A stretch of DNA of 61,911 nt from positions 1 to 61,911 of the forward strand of contig CAZUFU010000001.1 in the NCBI GenBank assembly GCA_964619875.1, given 5' to 3'. The notes under the pieces were generated by a model, which made no database searches, had not been told where the DNA came from, and worked only from the letters and a program-made list of their open reading frames with translations. This stretch comes from an uncultured Oscillospiraceae bacterium. Its GTDB lineage: Bacteria; Bacillota; Clostridia; Peptostreptococcales; Anaerovoracaceae. Shown in pieces: positions 33,786 through 41,624 of the stretch (positions are counted from its first letter, which is position 1; the number at the start of each line of letters is the position of its first letter). The position numbers were made by a program, and so were the translations under genes.

Positions 33786-34528
33786 TTTCATGGAACGTCA
33801 ACGGTCTCAGAGCCGTTATGGGAAAGAATTTTATGGAATTTTTTAACGATATAGATGCGGATATTTTCTGCCTGCAGGAGACCAAGCTGCAGGAGGGACA
33901 GATAGAAATGGAGCTGCCGGGATATCACCAGTACTGGAACTACGCCGACAAGAAAGGCTACTCCGGCACAGCGATTTTTACTAAAAAGGAACCCATCAGC
34001 GTGGCATATGGCATAGATATAGACGAGCACGACCACGAAGGCAGAGTGATAACGCTGGAATTTGACGATTTTTATATGGTCACCGTCTATACACCAAACT
34101 CTCAGGATGAGCTTAAACGACTGGACTACCGGATGAAGTGGGAAGACGATTTCAGAGCATTTCTGCTCCAGCTCAACACTAAAAAGCCGGTAATCGTAAC
34201 AGGCGACATGAATGTGGCACATAAGGAAATCGACCTTAAGAACCCTAAGACAAACCGCCGCAACGCGGGCTTTACCGACGAGGAAAGAAGCAAGATGACC
34301 CAGCTGCTGGAAAGCGGCTTCATCGACACCTTCAGATATTTTTATCCGGATGCGGAGGGCATATATTCATGGTGGTCATACCGTTTCAAAGCCAGAGAGA
34401 AGAATGCAGGATGGAGAATCGACTATTTCCTGGCAACGTCTGATATGGAAAGCCGCCTCAAGAGTGCAAAAATTCATACTGAGGTTTTTGGCTCTGACCA
34501 TTGCCCGGTAGAACTTGAGATTGAATAA
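33776..34528 (+). CDS. xth: Exodeoxyribonuclease III
   Basis: MRLISWNVNGLRA...LQETK...SDHCPV. RBS GAAGGAGG. Overlaps the end of hxlR by 10 nt. Confidence 0.95.
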   Translation: MRLISWNVNGLRAVMGKNFMEFFNDIDADIFCLQETKLQEGQIEMELPGYHQYWNYADKKGYSGTAIFTKKEPISVAYGIDIDEHDHEGRVITLEFDDFYMVTVYTPNSQDELKRLDYRMKWEDDFRAFLLQLNTKKPVIVTGDMNVAHKEIDLKNPKTNRRNAGFTDEERSKMTQLLESGFIDTFRYFYPDAEGIYSWWSYRFKAREKNAGWRIDYFLATSDMESRLKSAKIHTEVFGSDHCPVELEIE

Positions 34529-34564
34529 TCCGGTAAGTGACGTGAAAAATAAGGAGAAAACAAG

Positions 34565-35350
34565 ATGAAGAAATTCGGATTTATAGGAATGGGAAATATG
34601 GCTCAGGCGATGGCTGAGGGATTTATCACATCAGGAAAGGTGTGCGCTGGCAGCATTTTCGCCTATGCGCCGAATCAGGAAAAACTGAAGAACAATGCAG
34701 AGCGCCTGGGATTTACACCGTGTGCTTCACTTAAAGAGCTGTCAGAAATCTGCGATACACTTATAATGGCCTGTAAGCCTTATCAGATAGAAGATGTCCT
34801 TAAAGAACTGGGCGAAGGCGGACTCAAGGGCAAGAATCTGATTTCTGTAGCTGCAGGATGGGATTTTGAAAAATACGCTGCTCACATAGACTGCAGGGAA
34901 ACGGCAGTGCAGTACGTTATGCCCAACACTCCTGTCGCTGTAGGAAAGGGCACTTTCCTGATGGAAGAAACAAGCAGTATGAAGGATGAGGACAGATTTG
35001 CGATAACAGATATTCTGTCAGCGCTTGGAACGGTTATAACCATGTCGAGCAGACTTATGGATGCGGCAACGACTGTGTCAGGCTGCGGACCTGCGTTTTT
35101 TGATATGGTCATAGAAGCAATAGCAGATGGCGCCGTAAAAAACGGAGTTGCCCGTAAGACGGCATACGAACTGGCGTGTACCACCATGGCAGGAACAGCG
35201 GAGCTCATGCTGAAGACCGGGCTTCACCCGGGAGAGCTTAAGGACAGGGTATGCTCACCGGGAGGTACAACTATAAAAGGGGTGGCAGTGCTGGAAGAAT
35301 GCGGCATCAGAAGTGCTTTTATCAAGGCGGTGGATGCGGTAATGAAATAA
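34565..35350 (+). CDS. proC: Pyrroline-5-carboxylate reductase
   Basis: FIGMGNMAQAM Rossmann motif and CSPGGTTI near the C-terminus. Confidence 0.95.
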   Translation: MKKFGFIGMGNMAQAMAEGFITSGKVCAGSIFAYAPNQEKLKNNAERLGFTPCASLKELSEICDTLIMACKPYQIEDVLKELGEGGLKGKNLISVAAGWDFEKYAAHIDCRETAVQYVMPNTPVAVGKGTFLMEETSSMKDEDRFAITDILSALGTVITMSSRLMDAATTVSGCGPAFFDMVIEAIADGAVKNGVARKTAYELACTTMAGTAELMLKTGLHPGELKDRVCSPGGTTIKGVAVLEECGIRSAFIKAVDAVMK

Positions 35351-35391
35351 CTGACAAAAGACAAAACAATAAGAAAAGAGATGAGGTTAAA

Positions 35392-36153
35392 ATGAGAGAA
35401 GACGTTTACGGATATAAAAGCAGCATTAACGTATACAATGTTGATATGAACAGGAAAGCCCGTCCTGCAGGGCTGCTGAGAAAAATGCAGGAATGCGGCT
35501 CCCGGCAGATGGCGGACCAGAAGCCTTCCTACGACGAACTGCTGGATAAAGGGCAGGCCCTCATGCTGAGCCGCCTGGATATGGTAATCCCGCAGGAGGT
35601 TGCTCTGGACGAGGAAATAGAGGTTTTCACATGGCCATGCCCAAGTGTGAGAGCCACTTTCCTGAGAAATTATCTGGTGCGTAAGAACGGTGAAACGGCG
35701 GCTATGATTTCCAGTCAGTGGACACTTGTAAACTCGGAAACACGCAAGATAATGAAAGTCGATGAGGTGGATTTTTCCAACTACACCATGGACGAATATG
35801 TGGACGTAATGCCAGGTAGCAAGTTCAAGATAAGCCGTGAGGACGTAGAGAATATGGCAGCATCTGAGCCTGTAGGAGTCAAGACTGTAAGACTCAGTGA
35901 TGTGGATTACAACGGCCACATGAACAACACCAACTATGTGGATATGCTTTGCGACTATATACCTGAACTGGCGGCAGGCACTCACCGGGTAACTGTAATG
36001 AGAATTCATTTCAGCAAGGAGGCACCTCTCGGAGAGACCATAGAGATTAAAAGGCTCAGAACGGCTGACGATAAATATCTTTTCAGGACCTTCCGCAGCG
36101 ACGGAGATCTGAATGTGGAGGCGGAGTTTACTTTAGAGAAACTGAACAGATAA
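35392..36153 (+). CDS. Acyl-ACP thioesterase
   Basis: Double hot-dog architecture and the DYNGHMNNTNY motif. The start is set at the ATG after GAGGT. Confidence 0.8.
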   Translation: MREDVYGYKSSINVYNVDMNRKARPAGLLRKMQECGSRQMADQKPSYDELLDKGQALMLSRLDMVIPQEVALDEEIEVFTWPCPSVRATFLRNYLVRKNGETAAMISSQWTLVNSETRKIMKVDEVDFSNYTMDEYVDVMPGSKFKISREDVENMAASEPVGVKTVRLSDVDYNGHMNNTNYVDMLCDYIPELAAGTHRVTVMRIHFSKEAPLGETIEIKRLRTADDKYLFRTFRSDGDLNVEAEFTLEKLNR

Positions 36154-36157
36154 AAAC

Positions 36158-36198
36158 AGTCCCCGGACTTCAAAGTAAAATGAACCCGGGGACTTTTG
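36158..36198. terminator. Bidirectional intrinsic terminator between convergent genes
   Basis: AGTCCCCGG / CCGGGGACT stem with T-tracts on both strands. Confidence 0.7.
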
Positions 36199-36215
36199 CT
36201 GTGCAAAAGCAATGA

Positions 36216-39200
36216 TTATTCAATCGACTTCAGCGATTCAGTCATACTGATCTTTTCCAGCCTGAAGTACATTACGAAGTTTACTATGCCTGCAAAAACA
36301 AAGGTCATGACAACGGCCAGCACATAGCTTAAAGGCTGTATATGCATATTGAAGCTCATCAGGTCAATCTGTATCTGATTGATGATAAAGGCATGGAGAA
36401 CCTTTCCTATAGGAAGACCCACCAGGGCCGCAATAGCCGTGAGCATTATGTTTTCACGGAATACATAGGACGATGTTTCGTTAGGGTAGAAGCCAAGAAC
36501 CTTGATGGTGGCTATTTCCCTTATACGCTCAGTAATGTTGATGTTGGTCAGGTTATAGAGGACTATGAAGGCCAGAGCGCCGGCACAGCCGACCACCAGC
36601 ATGATTATGTAGTTCATGCTCTTCATCATATTGGAAATACGGTCGCGGAAATCCTTAGTGATTGAAACAGAAGCCACATTGTCTGCATTCATCAGATATG
36701 CGCCGTCTGCGCTCGTATCTGCAATTTCACCGTCTTCTCCGATGACTCCGAGGACGAAAGCCGTGTTGGTTTCCATGTGTCCCCACTGCTCTTCGTAAGA
36801 AGTACGATTAAGGTATACGTAGTGATATACGTAGTTTTCACAAAGTGCTGTAATTTTGAGATTCATCTCCCGCATGTCACTGTCGAATACGGTGAGAGTA
36901 TCTCCGGCCTCTAGTCCGAGTTTCTGGGCCAGGTTTTCGTTTATGACGCATTCGCCGTCACCCGGGAAGGTGATAGGGCCGTCTTCATTGTGAAGGTCGA
37001 TAAACTTTTCTATAGGAGCATCCTTCTCTGCCACTACCATGTTTACTGATTTAACGGCATTGCCTGCATGGGCATCCACCGAAAGGGCATTAAGGAAAAG
37101 ACAGTCGGAAATTACACTGCTGTTCTCATCCATGAATTCCTGCTGTTCATCTGCGGTGAGGTCTTTGTCGAAGGTAACTGTATAGTCCACATGGAATATA
37201 TTATCGTACTGGTCGGAAACCACATTTTTAACAGAATCATTTATTCCGAAGGCGGCCACCAGGAGAGCTGTACAGCCGCATACACCGATAATCATCATGA
37301 AGAAACGTTTTTTGTAGCGGAAGATATTTCTCATTGAAACCTTACGAAGGAAGGAAAGCCTCTTCCAGATGAAGCCGATACGCTCCAGCAGGATGCGCTT
37401 TCCCATGGCAGGTGTCTTAGGTCTGATAAGCTGAGAAGGTACTTCCTTAAGTTCTCTGTAGCAGGAGAAAATAGTGCTTCCCACAGCGCATACCAGTGCT
37501 GCCAGAATGGACAATCCACCCAGTTTCCAGTCTATTACGAAAATTATATCGGAGAAGTTGTACATCATTCCGTAGGCGGCCCATATTACCCAAGGGAAAG
37601 CATAGGAGCCCGAAATGAAGCCTGTCAGTCCTCCGATGAGAGTGGCGCTTGCCGAGTATATCACATATTTTTTCAGAATGGTGTTTCTGCTGTAACCCAG
37701 CGCTTTAAGTACGCCTATCTGGGTGCGCTGCTCATCAACCATTCTTGTCATGGTGGTCATAACAACCAGTGCAGCCACGATAAAGAAGAAGATAGGGAAC
37801 AGCTTGGCGATTCCGTCCACTATGCTTGAATCGTTTTCAAAGCAGACATAGCCGATATTGGTATCTCTGCCGAGAACGTAGGTGTCAGGATGTTCTATAT
37901 CATCGATTTCATCTCTGGCGTCGTCCAGTTCTTCTTCGGCGTCGGCAATTTTTTTCTTGCCGTCAGCGATTTCCTGCTTGCCGTCGGCAATTTTCTTTCT
38001 GCCATCGGCCAGGTCAGCTCTGGCTTCCTTAAGCTCCTGTCTGCCGTCTGATATTTTCTTTTCGCCTTTTTCTATTTCGATACGTCCTTTTTCCAGTTCT
38101 GCCCATGCGGCTTCAAACTGGCTGTCTGCCTGGGTCTTAGCCTGGGTGTACTGAGCCAGATACTGGTCATAGTACGGTGTACCTGCTGCCATGTCAACTT
38201 GAGACTTGAGCTGGTCAAGCTGCCCATAGGCATCGGCTTTTTCGCTGTTATATTTTTCGACGCCGTCCTCGTACTCGGTTCTGGCTTTTTTCAGGTCTTT
38301 TTCGGAATCGTCAAGTTTCTTTTCGTTGTCTTTTATTTCTTTTTCGGCATCTGCCAGTTTCTTTTCGTTATCCTTGAGCTTCTTTTCGCCATCGGCCAGG
38401 TCGGCTTTGGCATCGGCCAGTTTTTCTTCAGCATCAGCCAGCTTTTCGTTGGCCTCATCCATTATTTCATCGTATCTGGCGCTGCCGCAGCTTTCCAGCG
38501 CATCGGTGAGAGGGTTCTCCATGCTATCTGCGATTTCCTTGTATTCATCGGTGAAAATAGGGGCGGTCTTTTCCAGATCGACATAGATTTCTGTGAAGTA
38601 ATCGCAGTCCCATGCCTCTGGAGTTATGTATATAAATGCTGCCACCTTGCCGTCGCCCAGAGATGTGGATCCTCGTTCAAAGTTAAGGTAGAGAGGAGAA
38701 GTCGCCAGGCCGGTTATGGTATATTCACGGCCTGCCAGCATATCAAGAGTGTCCTCCTCGTTTCCGGCGGTTAGATATATGGTTTTGCCTATGTCTTCGG
38801 AACTGAAATGCAGTGAATCAACGACGCATTCGTCAGCGCTTTCAGGCATACGTCCTTCTACAAGGGAAAGTGTGCTTATTTTTTGACTGACGGTGTGGAG
38901 TTTTGCCACATTTTCACCGTTTTCCGTTTCTTCTTCTTCGAAGAGTATGTCTGCAGACCATGAGCCTTCCGCATATCTGACACCATCCACAGCATTGATT
39001 GTATCCACGCTTTCATCATCCAGACCCAGTGTGGAAATCAGCTCGTAGTCGAAAAGGTTGTGTTCGTCCAGAAAGGTGTCTCCGGTAAGGGTGAAGGCAT
39101 CCTTGCAGACCTTAAGACCGCAGAAAAATCCAACTCCCAGCATGACGATGGCAAGTATGGCCAGCCATCTGGTTAAGCTGCCTCTGATTTCCCGCAGTGT

Positions 39201-39224
39201 AGATTTAGTCATCATGTTTTTCAT
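36216..39224 (-). CDS. Large FtsX/MacB-type ABC permease (two FtsX domains, extracellular domain with a long coiled-coil repeat)
   Basis: 1002 aa. N-terminus LREIRGSLTRWLAILAIV. Coiled coil KLADAEEKLADAKADLADGEKKLKDNEKKLADAEKEI... and ...ADGRKKIADGKQEIADGKKKIADAEEEL. TM clusters occur mid-protein and at the C-terminus. Confidence 0.85.
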   Translation of the reverse strand: MKNMMTKSTLREIRGSLTRWLAILAIVMLGVGFFCGLKVCKDAFTLTGDTFLDEHNLFDYELISTLGLDDESVDTINAVDGVRYAEGSWSADILFEEEETENGENVAKLHTVSQKISTLSLVEGRMPESADECVVDSLHFSSEDIGKTIYLTAGNEEDTLDMLAGREYTITGLATSPLYLNFERGSTSLGDGKVAAFIYITPEAWDCDYFTEIYVDLEKTAPIFTDEYKEIADSMENPLTDALESCGSARYDEIMDEANEKLADAEEKLADAKADLADGEKKLKDNEKKLADAEKEIKDNEKKLDDSEKDLKKARTEYEDGVEKYNSEKADAYGQLDQLKSQVDMAAGTPYYDQYLAQYTQAKTQADSQFEAAWAELEKGRIEIEKGEKKISDGRQELKEARADLADGRKKIADGKQEIADGKKKIADAEEELDDARDEIDDIEHPDTYVLGRDTNIGYVCFENDSSIVDGIAKLFPIFFFIVAALVVMTTMTRMVDEQRTQIGVLKALGYSRNTILKKYVIYSASATLIGGLTGFISGSYAFPWVIWAAYGMMYNFSDIIFVIDWKLGGLSILAALVCAVGSTIFSCYRELKEVPSQLIRPKTPAMGKRILLERIGFIWKRLSFLRKVSMRNIFRYKKRFFMMIIGVCGCTALLVAAFGINDSVKNVVSDQYDNIFHVDYTVTFDKDLTADEQQEFMDENSSVISDCLFLNALSVDAHAGNAVKSVNMVVAEKDAPIEKFIDLHNEDGPITFPGDGECVINENLAQKLGLEAGDTLTVFDSDMREMNLKITALCENYVYHYVYLNRTSYEEQWGHMETNTAFVLGVIGEDGEIADTSADGAYLMNADNVASVSITKDFRDRISNMMKSMNYIIMLVVGCAGALAFIVLYNLTNINITERIREIATIKVLGFYPNETSSYVFRENIMLTAIAALVGLPIGKVLHAFIINQIQIDLMSFNMHIQPLSYVLAVVMTFVFAGIVNFVMYFRLEKISMTESLKSIE

Positions 39225-39241
39225 AATTCAGGCCAGCCTTT

Positions 39242-39946
39242 CTACCACTCGATATTTTCTACCGGCGTCTTGTTCTGATTGATTTCAACAGAAGAAACGG
39301 TGCCGTTTTTTACGTGAATAATCCTGTCTGCCATAGGAGTTATGGCCTGATTATGGGTGATTATGATTACTGTCATGCCTGTGTCATGAGCTGTATCCTG
39401 AAGGAGTTTGAGAATCGCTTTGCCTGTGTTATAGTCCAGCGCGCCGGTAGGCTCATCGCAGAGAAGGAGCTTAGGGTTTTTGGCCAGGGCTCTGGCGATA
39501 GCCACACGCTGCTGTTCGCCTCCGGAAAGCTGAGCGGGGAAGTTGTCAAGTCTGTCGGCAAGACCTACCTTGGTGAGTGCTTCTGCTGAGTCCATAGGAT
39601 TCTTGCATATCTGTGTGGCCAGAGAAACGTTTTCCAGAGCTGTAAGGTTCTGCACCAGATTATAGAACTGGAATACGAAGCCTATTTCGTGGCGTCTGTA
39701 TGTAGTAAGCTGCCTGGAGGAATACCCTGAAATATCACTTCCGTCCAGATAGACATGACCTTCCGTCAGTGCATCCATGCCGCCCAGAATATTGAGAAGA
39801 GTGGTTTTACCTGCGCCGGACGGTCCGACAATAACGCAGATTTCTCCTTTTTCTATCTCGAAGGAGGCATCCCGCAAAGCTTCTATAGAAACTTCCCCCA
39901 TCTGATACACCTTTTTTACATGGTCGAATTTAACAAAAGCGTTCAT
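39242..39946 (-). CDS. ABC transporter ATP-binding protein (MacB/LolD-type)
   Basis: [24 protein letters not shown] and [11 protein letters not shown]. Confidence 0.9.
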   Translation of the reverse strand: MNAFVKFDHVKKVYQMGEVSIEALRDASFEIEKGEICVIVGPSGAGKTTLLNILGGMDALTEGHVYLDGSDISGYSSRQLTTYRRHEIGFVFQFYNLVQNLTALENVSLATQICKNPMDSAEALTKVGLADRLDNFPAQLSGGEQQRVAIARALAKNPKLLLCDEPTGALDYNTGKAILKLLQDTAHDTGMTVIIITHNQAITPMADRIIHVKNGTVSSVEINQNKTPVENIEW

Positions 39947-40023
39947 TTTTTCCTCCGTAAATATATATTTAAAAACCCGTTTGTTACATGATTTTGTAAA
40001 TATATATTATATCATCTGCAGCA

Positions 40024-41133
40024 CTATTTTAAAAGAATGAATCTGTGTTTCCATGCTGAAAAAATTGTGAAGAAACAGGCAACAAGCATGGCCATAAGGC
40101 AGACTGAAGCGGTCTGTTGAGAAATGATTGCTGAGGATGTGTCTGTCACGCAGTTTGAGTAAAAACTGCGAACTGCGCATGCTGTTGCCAGACCTGACGG
40201 AAGTGCTGCCCAGACTTTTGGCAGGCAGCTGTTATATCCTTGAGGGCCGTAGATATAGTATACAGCAATGGGAATAATAACCGTAATGGCAGAAAGGCAC
40301 ATGCCACAGGCAAGGCTGCTTATATATATTGCAGGTGTAGAGTGTATGCCGCCAAAGTTAAATACAGAAAGTTCTGCCAGAAAGATTACTAAAATGCAGC
40401 CTCCGTAAGCACTTTTGTATTCGGACAGAAGTCCGGTAAGAAAGGAGCCTGAGGCCAGTCCCAGAGTCAGGATTACGTCTCCTGAAATGTTAAGGCTCCC
40501 AATGGAATCACTTTCCGGCCTGAATAATGTCAGCCCCGCAGCGAAGCTGGCTGCCAGCACGAAAAAAAAGAGCTTGATGGTCACCGCTCTTTTTCCGCAG
40601 ACAAAGCGCCTGTCTTCACATGGAACCGGTGAAGTGAGAAAGAGGGGAGGCTTCTGCAAAAAAATAAGTGTTCCTGTCAGCATCATAATCAGGCTGAAAA
40701 TGACAGAAGAATAAGTATACCTTTCCATGAAGTAACCTATGAACGCTCCCGCAATAACTGAGATGCCGTAAACTGCACCTGCAAGAAGAGTTTTGCTTGC
40801 CCTGAACCAGCCGGTGAGAAGATTTGCCGGAACTATGGCGGCAAGTCCTCCTGCGTATAGACCTATGAAACATATTCCTGCTGCTTGTGAAGTGATGGAA
40901 TCAGTGTGAAGAAGCAATGCACCCATACATGAGGCTATAGATGCAAGACTTGTCCATAGCCTGAAATTGAGCAGCTCATAACACGAGGAACCGAGAAAAA
41001 CACCTGTCGCCAGAGCACACATAAATACCATGGAAAGGGTAAAGTTATAATCTATATATAAAAATCCGACAAGCGGACTGATTACCAGAATGAGACCTGT
41101 TATGTTTCTGGTGCAGTAAAAAAATCTTATCAC
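40024..41133 (-). CDS. Polytopic membrane protein, possibly a degenerate MFS-like protein (function unknown)
   Basis: About 10-12 hydrophobic helices and no motif I recognise. The start is placed at the GTG 8 nt after GGAGG. The track start at 41148 is itself the GTG inside that RBS. Confidence 0.55.
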   Translation of the reverse strand: MIRFFYCTRNITGLILVISPLVGFLYIDYNFTLSMVFMCALATGVFLGSSCYELLNFRLWTSLASIASCMGALLLHTDSITSQAAGICFIGLYAGGLAAIVPANLLTGWFRASKTLLAGAVYGISVIAGAFIGYFMERYTYSSVIFSLIMMLTGTLIFLQKPPLFLTSPVPCEDRRFVCGKRAVTIKLFFFVLAASFAAGLTLFRPESDSIGSLNISGDVILTLGLASGSFLTGLLSEYKSAYGGCILVIFLAELSVFNFGGIHSTPAIYISSLACGMCLSAITVIIPIAVYYIYGPQGYNSCLPKVWAALPSGLATACAVRSFYSNCVTDTSSAIISQQTASVCLMAMLVACFFTIFSAWKHRFILLK

Positions 41134-41263
41134 TTTTGCTTCCTCCACTGTTTAGCTTCTTACTGAGTTTATGCTCTAAAAATATTATTTTTTAGGGGTG
41201 AAAATAATATACTGTGCATTTATTGCTAATTCAGATTTTAAATATGAAGCTTTAACATGATGT

Positions 41264-41293
41264 TTGACATGACGTAAAACTTTGTTGTATAAT
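41264..41293 (+). promoter_or_regulatory. Near-consensus sigma-A promoter for the 75-aa membrane protein gene
   Basis: TTGACA (41264-41269), an 18-nt spacer, then TATAAT (41288-41293). Confidence 0.6.
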
Positions 41294-41340
41294 GAAACAA
41301 ATAGGGAACGGGCTTATTACATGGGGAAAAGGTAAGAAAG

Positions 41341-41568
41341 ATGAAAGATTTTTTGAAGGACAGGCTTCTGATTGATTTTGACGGGAGCTGGAATTTGAAT
41401 GAAATCATTGCGGCTGCTGTTTGTGTGATTCTGGCAGTACTGATAGTGCTGGTTTTGATTAAGCTTGTAAGGAAAATTATAAAAACTGCTAACCCTAGAA
41501 AGGACACTATTTTCAGCCATCGCAAGAATAAATATAAGAATAGCATAGGAAAAAAGAACAAGTATTAG
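41341..41568 (+). CDS. Small single-pass membrane protein with a Lys-rich tail (75 aa, unknown function)
   Basis: Strong promoter, RBS AAAGGTAAG, one TM helix (IIAAAVCVILAVLIVLVLI), basic C-terminus, strong terminator. Confidence 0.6.
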   Translation: MKDFLKDRLLIDFDGSWNLNEIIAAAVCVILAVLIVLVLIKLVRKIIKTANPRKDTIFSHRKNKYKNSIGKKNKY

Positions 41569-41586
41569 AAAAACCGATTATGTAGG

Positions 41587-41609
41587 CCCCGCTTGAAAGC
41601 GGGGTTTTT
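41587..41609 (+). terminator. Intrinsic terminator
   Basis: CCCCGC / GCGGGG stem, 6-nt loop, TTTTT. Confidence 0.85.
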
Positions 41610-41624
41610 ATTTGAGGTTAAGAC

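Noticed and set aside
35224-36009. 261-aa minus-strand ORF
   Set aside because: It is antisense to the acyl-ACP thioesterase gene and the end of proC. The sequence has no recognisable features.
37826-38774. Several plus-strand ORFs (68-191 aa) rich in Phe, Ser and Leu
   Set aside because: They are antisense images of the coiled-coil Lys/Asp/Ala/Glu repeats of the FtsX permease gene. They are low-complexity and lack translation signals.
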